Shown: positions 58,259-64,000 of the stretch, one piece after another
How positions within the stretch are numbered: position 1 is the stretch's first letter
How the letters are laid out: the number at the start of each line of letters is the position of its first letter
The notes under the pieces: model-generated
Database searches by the model: none
What the model was told of the DNA's origin: nothing
What the model saw: only the letters and a program-made list of their open reading frames with translations
Made by a program: the position numbers and the translations under genes
IMG/VR virus record: IMGVR_UViG_3300021963_006795
DNA from: an uncultured virus (IMG/VR IMGVR_UViG_3300021963_006795)
Lineage: Duplodnaviria; Heunggongvirae; Uroviricota; Caudoviricetes
Reading direction: 5' to 3' (one strand)
DNA length: 64,000 nt

Positions 58259-58912
58259 TCAAACTTCTACCTTGATCAGTTTGGAAGCATAATCATGAGC
58301 ATATGATGTACGAGCACCATGATGCCCCCAACCAATCCAACTATACGCATAGTCCATGTAACGATCGATAGACTTACCAGGAGTCTTCATTCTATTTTCG
58401 ATTTGTTGCCACTGGACTTCATTTGTCAGATAACGAAGTTGCGTGTGAAGTGATGATGGTGAACCACCATACTTCTTAGCAAAATCACCCAATCCATAAT
58501 ATCTGTTGGCAGATGTCCATTGAATCAGTCCGTAACCGCCATTGCAGTTACTCCAACTGGTTCTGCTACCACCTTCACAAATGTTAGGAATAAAAGTAGA
58601 TTCCTGTCGAATATTGCCCATGATGGTAGCAAGGGCGTTTCTGTCTTTAATACCACGATCCTGGAAAAATGCCAGGGTAGCATTCTCATGTTCATTACAC
58701 CCTTTACAAATTAACCTTAACTCTTTTGGTTTTGGTGGTGCAACCTCGCGGATTGCTGTCGTCTCTGGTTCAAACTCTTTAATGATTGAATAAGGTTTTG
58801 TCTCCACTGGGGGAGGAGGACCTTGCAGTTTATAACTAGAGAATGGCAGTGTTGCCGTACTGGTTGTAACCGCTGCTAAAAGAGGCAGGGCTACTGTAAA
58901 GAAATTTTGCAC
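58259..58912 (-). CDS. Phage_lysozyme2-like cell-wall hydrolase with signal peptide
   Basis: MGNIRQES, GYGLIQWT..R, QL.Y...E; GTG start. Confidence 0.75.
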   Translation of the reverse strand: MQNFFTVALPLLAAVTTSTATLPFSSYKLQGPPPPVETKPYSIIKEFEPETTAIREVAPPKPKELRLICKGCNEHENATLAFFQDRGIKDRNALATIMGNIRQESTFIPNICEGGSRTSWSNCNGGYGLIQWTSANRYYGLGDFAKKYGGSPSSLHTQLRYLTNEVQWQQIENRMKTPGKSIDRYMDYAYSWIGWGHHGARTSYAHDYASKLIKVEV

Positions 58913-58921
58913 TAAATTTAA

Positions 58922-58990
58922 TTGAACTCTACATCCGTATAGGCAAAGGAGAAGTTCCTCTTTCTCAAGAGGCAGTGCCCACGGCTCTAA
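58922..58990 (-). ncRNA. Unclassified structured leader
   Basis: CCGT-GGGCA...TGCCT-AT-ACGG outer stem enclosing CCTCTT-GAGA-AAGAGG (GNRA loop). Confidence 0.45.
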
Positions 58991-59046
58991 TTGTCACGAT
59001 CAAAGTCTTATAACAAAAAACCCACCTTTAAAAGTGGGTTAAAAAC

Positions 59047-59075
59047 ATTATAAGTTAATATTTATTACTTGTCAA
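59047..59075 (-). promoter_or_regulatory. Consensus sigma70 promoter with nested late motif
   Basis: TTGACA-17 nt-TATAAT with ATAAATA in the spacer. Confidence 0.75.
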
Positions 59076-59083
59076 ATTACGGA

Positions 59084-59599
59084 TTACCGACCTTTTAGAT
59101 AAGTTAGAATATTTTCTGGAGTGCTTACTTCATAAGGATCTTCTTCAACATTATCATGCATTCCAAATTCTACAAAATCTTTTTCAAGTTTCATATCATT
59201 ATATACTGCAGCATAACGCCAAGAACGAATACCAAATCCAAGATTTGATTTCATAACTGTCATACCAAGAGACCTAGTTAGATATGCATTTCCATCAGGA
59301 ATTAATTTTACATTTTCAATTCCTTGATCTTTTGCCCAAGCATTCATTACAAATGGATCATTTACTGATACACAGTAAACTTCATCAATACCTTGACTGA
59401 TAATTTCATTATATTCTTTTTCAAATCCAGGTAATTGAAATGAACTGCATGTTGGCGTAAATGCTCCAGGCAATCCAAAGATTACTACTCGCTTTTTGGA
59501 AAATAAATCATTTGTAGTTTTAGTTACAAACTCATTATTTTCACGAAATACAATTCGACAGGTAGAAATATATTCAGAAAGGTTAGTCATATTCACCAA
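59084..59599 (-). CDS. Peroxiredoxin (Prx5-type)
   Basis: LPGAFTPTCS, SVNDPFVMNAW, DGN, RSWRYA. Confidence 0.92.
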   Translation of the reverse strand: MVNMTNLSEYISTCRIVFRENNEFVTKTTNDLFSKKRVVIFGLPGAFTPTCSSFQLPGFEKEYNEIISQGIDEVYCVSVNDPFVMNAWAKDQGIENVKLIPDGNAYLTRSLGMTVMKSNLGFGIRSWRYAAVYNDMKLEKDFVEFGMHDNVEEDPYEVSTPENILTYLKGR

Positions 59600-59712
59600 A
59601 CTCCAGGAATAATTTGACCAGTAGTAAGATAAGTGCCAACAGCGATAATGAAACCAAGCATCGCTAGACGACCGTTGAGGATCTCTGCCTCAGGTGTAAA
59701 TCCAAATTTCAT
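59593..59712 (-). CDS. hli: High-light-inducible protein (39 aa)
   Basis: MKFGFTPEAEILNGRLAMLGF...TGQIIPGVW; AGGAG RBS. Confidence 0.92.
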   Translation of the reverse strand: MKFGFTPEAEILNGRLAMLGFIIAVGTYLTTGQIIPGVW

Positions 59713-59724
59713 TTCGTTTCTCCT

Positions 59725-59910
59725 TTATTTTACTTTGGAATAGATAGATGTTTCACCATAATCACGGTGAATTTTGTAACCAACAACTGCTCCCTTAGTG
59801 TTCATAAGTGCAGGCATAAAGACAATTGTAAAAAATACTGCTGGTGCTCCAATAAACAGAGCAGCAACGATTACATAGTAAGTCAGCAGTTCAACTAGAG
59901 AGTGTTCCAT
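59725..59910 (-). CDS. Small membrane protein
   Basis: [12 protein letters not shown]... with a long hydrophobic segment. Confidence 0.55.
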   Translation of the reverse strand: MEHSLVELLTYYVIVAALFIGAPAVFFTIVFMPALMNTKGAVVGYKIHRDYGETSIYSKVK

Positions 59911-60205
59911 TATAAGGGTGTTGTTGTTTGAGTTCAGGATTTGGTTGTGAAGGAACAACTGGGTTCCTTGATTTGTTTTTAATTACGATGAATGCATCGT
60001 TTTGATAAGTGACTGTTCCAAAAGGTTTTGCCCATTTTGGATTTGCGTTTGGACTAGTAGCAGTTCCTGTTACTGCTACTCCACCGATCTCAACAGAAAG
60101 TTCGTCATTGGCATCCCATCCAAGTTCTTGGAGGGCAATAGCAAATTGTCCTAACATTCCAGGAGTGCCCATAACGCGCTCCTCTGGTTCAAGGTTGCCA
60201 ATCAC
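59891..60205 (-). CDS. Hypothetical protein
   Basis: GTGA overlap with petF. Confidence 0.6.
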   Translation of the reverse strand: MIGNLEPEERVMGTPGMLGQFAIALQELGWDANDELSVEIGGVAVTGTATSPNANPKWAKPFGTVTYQNDAFIVIKNKSRNPVVPSQPNPELKQQHPYNGTLSS

Positions 60206-60495
60206 AGATTTTCTTCCTGTTCAGTAAGGATAACACAATCGCTGGTAGGATAAGCAACGCAAGTAAGAATCCAACCTTCCGCTTGTTGCTCATCATCAAG
60301 GAACGATTGTTCTTCATTGTCAACTGTACCAGAAACTAGTTTACCAGCACATGCAGAACAAGCTCCAGCACGACAGGATGAAGGAAGGTCAATACCTGCT
60401 TCTTCTGCTGCTTCAAGAATGTACTGATCATCAGCACATTGAATTGTAGCTTCAGTACCACCAGGAGATTGGAGAGTAATGTTAAAAACTGTCAT
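60202..60495 (-). CDS. petF: Plant-type 2Fe-2S ferredoxin
   Basis: [26 protein letters not shown]. Confidence 0.95.
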   Translation of the reverse strand: MTVFNITLQSPGGTEATIQCADDQYILEAAEEAGIDLPSSCRAGACSACAGKLVSGTVDNEEQSFLDDEQQAEGWILTCVAYPTSDCVILTEQEENL

Positions 60496-60595
60496 TAGTA
60501 GGTTTCGCAAATTTTTTCAACAGATGCTGCCAATAAAACTAAAAAGGCAACTGATGTCAGTGTAAATAAAAATGATGTCATTGTCAAGTCCTATG

Positions 60596-60790
60596 TCAGA
60601 AAATTCCAAAAAATAGTTTTCCAGTAAATGCGTAAGAAATAGCACCAGCAATGATTCCCATCATTGCCCAGCGACCATTGTACTTTTCCTTTACTTGATT
60701 GGGAGTATCCATACCGTAGTTTTCATAATACATTGCAGGTTCTTTAGCAAACATATTCATTTGCCCGAACTCGTTTTTTGTTACCGTCAT
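60596..60790 (-). CDS. hli: High-light-inducible protein
   Basis: NMFAKEP N-terminus, EKYNGRWAMMG. Confidence 0.88.
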   Translation of the reverse strand: MTVTKNEFGQMNMFAKEPAMYYENYGMDTPNQVKEKYNGRWAMMGIIAGAISYAFTGKLFFGIF

Positions 60791-60816
60791 TATCTTTTGT
60801 AAAGATTTACAACAAC

Positions 60817-60845
60817 AGTATATATAACACTTTTAGATTTGTCAA
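60817..60845 (-). promoter_or_regulatory. sigma70 promoter for the hli/petF operon
   Basis: TTGACA-17 nt-TATACT; the -35 overlaps the upstream TGA. Confidence 0.7.
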
Positions 60846-61645
60846 GAGGTTTCTTGAGTTTGATTTGACGGATTTGTGATTCTACCTAGATAAGGATCAT
60901 AATCCATTAAGAAACTAATATCGAATTTTGATCCTTGAGTTTCCCAAAAACCAAACTGCGCTTCATAATTTTTCTTATGAAATACATCTACATGTTCCGG
61001 ATGAATAGATGATCCTAGTTCTGTTCTATAGAGAAGAAGTGGAATAGAATAAGTATTTCCAGAATTATACAAAAGATCATCTGCAACTGGACGAGGTTTC
61101 ATTCCATTATCAAGTCTATACTTATCAACACCTTTAATGTGATGTTTGATAAGTTTTTCAGCATGATGTCGATTAATCAAATAACATGCTGTAGAGAAGT
61201 CATTTACAAACCTCTTATGAAGTCTAACATGGATATCTCCAGTACAAATAATAGCAATCTGAACAACATCCCAATCGTAAGGAATTCTTGAATAAAAATC
61301 ATTCCAAGTAAAGTTCCAATATCTTACCAGATCCAAACTACAATCATCTTCCATAATGATTGCATAAGGACTATCAGATGTATCGTACCAGTGTTTGATT
61401 GCTTTTAAGTGTGATGTAATACATCCAATTTCACCAGAAGTAACGCTTGGAGGATATGTGCCTTTTAAGATGCTACCAAGGTCATCTTCTCTACCATCAT
61501 ATGCAGAGATACGAGTATAGTTTTGAATCTCCCAATATTTAAATTGATCTTCCATATATTGTTTTCTTTCCGGTTGACCGTCAAGATTTATATAATAGAT
61601 TGGACCAATATTTCTTAGTTTGTAAGTAGATTTATTTTTATCCAT
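60842..61645 (-). CDS. GT25-family glycosyltransferase
   Basis: YINLD...ER, RISAYDG, GEIGC..SH, IMEDD. Confidence 0.85.
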   Translation of the reverse strand: MDKNKSTYKLRNIGPIYYINLDGQPERKQYMEDQFKYWEIQNYTRISAYDGREDDLGSILKGTYPPSVTSGEIGCITSHLKAIKHWYDTSDSPYAIIMEDDCSLDLVRYWNFTWNDFYSRIPYDWDVVQIAIICTGDIHVRLHKRFVNDFSTACYLINRHHAEKLIKHHIKGVDKYRLDNGMKPRPVADDLLYNSGNTYSIPLLLYRTELGSSIHPEHVDVFHKKNYEAQFGFWETQGSKFDISFLMDYDPYLGRITNPSNQTQETS

Positions 61646-62432
61646 TAATCTTTTTTAGTAATAAAGAAGTTTTAAGAAATGAACTAGGTGAATTGATAAT
61701 AATATTCGTTCTTGATAAAATTGTCAAATCAATTAAAGAGTCAATAACACTTTCTTTAGTTCTTTCAACATTATCACACCAAGAAGAATTTTCATTTACT
61801 TTCTCAACATAATGATCTTTTTCTCTGATAATAACATTATCAAGTTGATTGAATTTTTGTTCGGTTGATTTGTCATCAGACAAGACAAAGAATTTATTTT
61901 CTTGTTGATTCTGAATCCATTTATATTCTCTATCAAATTTAGGAACAACTGTATCAAAATCAGTTGCTCTTAGATGAACTCCAATAGTAAATTCATCAAT
62001 TTCATTTTCAACAATAAACTCATTTGACTTATCCAAATACAGAGACTTGAAAGGTATAGTTTTACCAGATTCGATTACCAAACTCTCATCCATCCAATCT
62101 GGAATCCAGTTATTATTATAAACATAATTTCCATCGTCCAATATAGGAAGACTTTCAATTCCAGAAAATGAATTAATATTATAATTCTTTTTTCCGACTA
62201 CAAAATCTTGATGCATAATAAGGATGCAATCAGTAAAATTTTGTAGAGGTTCATCTATAACTGCGATTTCTTTATTGTCAAAGATTTCATCAAAAGATAA
62301 CCTACATGCAGATGTATCTCTCCAATTTACAACTGGAATAAGATTGTAGTGATTAGATACTGCAAGACCACCTAGAAGAGTTCCATACCTATTTCCAAAC
62401 CCACCATCACAATAAATGAATAGTTTGTTCAT
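61638..62432 (-). CDS. Fucosyltransferase-like GT-B protein (GT11/NodZ-like)
   Basis: GGFGNR, IGVHLRATD, FVLSDD, DL.ILS...SSF. Confidence 0.7.
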   Translation of the reverse strand: MNKLFIYCDGGFGNRYGTLLGGLAVSNHYNLIPVVNWRDTSACRLSFDEIFDNKEIAVIDEPLQNFTDCILIMHQDFVVGKKNYNINSFSGIESLPILDDGNYVYNNNWIPDWMDESLVIESGKTIPFKSLYLDKSNEFIVENEIDEFTIGVHLRATDFDTVVPKFDREYKWIQNQQENKFFVLSDDKSTEQKFNQLDNVIIREKDHYVEKVNENSSWCDNVERTKESVIDSLIDLTILSRTNIIINSPSSFLKTSLLLKKING

Positions 62433-63016
62433 GTTACAGCAATTAATCTATCATCAGTTTTTTTGTGTAGATCTAGTTCAACAATATGCACTTCTCTATC
62501 AGGATAAAGACCTAGAATAAAATCACGAAGATCTGTAGCATTCTCTGCAGTTTGAACATCTTCACAAATATAAATTCCACCCTCATTTAGATATGGAAAA
62601 TAATTCTCAAAGTTCTTCATTTGCTGAGTAAGTTGATGATTCGCATCATCAATAATAATATCAAAACTTAGATCTTGAAAATGCCCTTCAATAAGAGTTG
62701 GACTTTCGCAGTCAAAATTGAATAGAGTAATTCTTTGATGACTGTTTACATCTGCCATTACAGCATCACCATCAACAGGTTCAAACTGGTAATGCCACTG
62801 ACCATCTTTCTGTGAGAAATCTTCTACTCCATAAATCTGAGAATTTTCAAAATACTTTTCCCACATCTTTAGAGAACCACCGAATAGAACTCCAATCTCA
62901 AGAACATTAAGTTCTTCAGTTCTACGATCAGAAAAAGTTTGCTCATACCAATCAATATATGAGTGTGCAGTTCCTTTATCAGTTTTAAACTGGGTATGAA
63001 TATCAGTTAATTTCAT
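62429..63016 (-). CDS. Class I SAM methyltransferase
   Basis: TDK..HSY, VLEIGV..GGS..W, FDIIIDDANH, GGIYICED. Confidence 0.85.
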   Translation of the reverse strand: MKLTDIHTQFKTDKGTAHSYIDWYEQTFSDRRTEELNVLEIGVLFGGSLKMWEKYFENSQIYGVEDFSQKDGQWHYQFEPVDGDAVMADVNSHQRITLFNFDCESPTLIEGHFQDLSFDIIIDDANHQLTQQMKNFENYFPYLNEGGIYICEDVQTAENATDLRDFILGLYPDREVHIVELDLHKKTDDRLIAVT

Positions 63017-63803
63017 ATGATTCTCTCCATTGATCATAAAGTTCTTCATTTAAATATTGATCTACTTCTAGATCCATTGATGATTGATTTTGAACAGACA
63101 TTACTCTTCGTTCAAAATTAGTCACAGGATCATCTTTAGTAGACCCATTACTCTTAAAGTGAACAGTGTAAGTTTCATCTGTCAATTCAGAATCAGCACA
63201 TACTTCAAGTTCATTCAAATATCCAATATTAAGATCAGAACTTTCTCTAAGAATAGTGTTCATTGCTGGTGTTTCGTGAGGGAATGGTGTTCCATTCTCA
63301 CCAAATTCTTTCATTTTATTAATCCACTTCTGAACAAAAATCTTTGACTTTTGTGGATTATTAAAGACTACAAAACTAGCAATCTCACTAATAAAGATTC
63401 CATCAGCACGAGTATGTCCACCAGTTTTCATAGTGGTTACTTGAATATCATACTCAGTATTAATGAGAGATTCAATATCTTTCATAACACAAACATCACT
63501 ATCAATCATCACAACAGGATGATCAAAGTCAATCATATGAAATAGTTTATTCAAAGTTTGAGTTTTCATTTGAGTTGCTTTTACCCAACCTTCAGAATGA
63601 ACTCCACTATATTCATCAGAACAGTCTGTATCTAAAATACTAATTTTATTTTTACTAGCAATAGATTTGCGATATTCACCGAGTCCACTATCTGCAACAT
63701 AAATCCTATCAATATTTTTACAGTTTTTTAGAACTGAACTTGTGAAAATATCAAGGAAGGGATAATAAGACTTATTCGCTGTTGTAAAAATACTATACTT
63801 CAT
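63003..63803 (-). CDS. Nucleotide-diphospho-sugar transferase (GT-A)
   Basis: DSD (DxD) motif; context in glycan cluster. Confidence 0.65.
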   Translation of the reverse strand: MKYSIFTTANKSYYPFLDIFTSSVLKNCKNIDRIYVADSGLGEYRKSIASKNKISILDTDCSDEYSGVHSEGWVKATQMKTQTLNKLFHMIDFDHPVVMIDSDVCVMKDIESLINTEYDIQVTTMKTGGHTRADGIFISEIASFVVFNNPQKSKIFVQKWINKMKEFGENGTPFPHETPAMNTILRESSDLNIGYLNELEVCADSELTDETYTVHFKSNGSTKDDPVTNFERRVMSVQNQSSMDLEVDQYLNEELYDQWRESYEIN

Positions 63804-64000
63804 TTAACCACTTGAGCAACGATAATGTCATTAGGTACATGACCATTTTCATATGATACCTCATACTTATTATTAATGGCAAATACCCTTTCAACAATCT
63901 CTTCTTCAGAAATTTCCCATCCCCAGGTGCTCCCTTTATCACCAAAAAGACGACGATCATCAATTAGAAGAGTATTAGTTTTAGTTTTTAATTTAGAAAT
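63804..64000 (-). CDS. C-terminus of a probable methyltransferase-like protein (partial)
   Basis: ...TLLIDDRRLF...NDIIVAQVVK*. Confidence 0.45.

Noticed and set aside
60797..60812. TGTAAAGATTTACA as an NtcA box
   Set aside because: GTA-N6-TAC spacing, not N8
1..64000. Genome-wide stop-codon reassignment
   Set aside because: Known genes end at expected lengths with TGA (psbA, gnd, gp32), TAA (psbD, phoH) and TAG (gp26)

Overview
AT-rich 64-kb segment of a T4-like cyanomyovirus (Kyanoviridae-type; possibly freshwater), almost all on the minus strand. In order: S8 protease and large virion/fibre proteins (1-13.4 kb); Mom-like GNAT, small ORFs, four tRNAs and cpeT (13.5-17 kb); baseplate/tail module with CP12 (gp5-like, gp26/gp51, gp4, gp48, gp53; 17-34.3 kb); replication genes gp32/gp59/gp33/exonuclease/phoH/thyX interrupted by two 2OG-Fe(II) oxygenases and four split carbamoyltransferase half-genes (34.3-43.8 kb); a putative nitrogen-sensing cassette (44.0-44.6 kb); auxiliary metabolic genes (speD, glutaredoxin, gnd, psbD, LOG, psbA, porin, peroxiredoxin, 2 hli, petF); lysis genes; and a glyco-/methyltransferase cluster. 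The best leads are: (1) an NtcA box followed by tandem glutamine-riboswitch-like aptamers, one with a 51-codon ORF nested in its P2 loop, ahead of a DUF4278-like gene; (2) a candidate -1 frameshift fusing gp26 to gp51; (3) the duplicated, split carbamoyltransferase cassette. All calls come from reading motifs by eye; no database searches were run.
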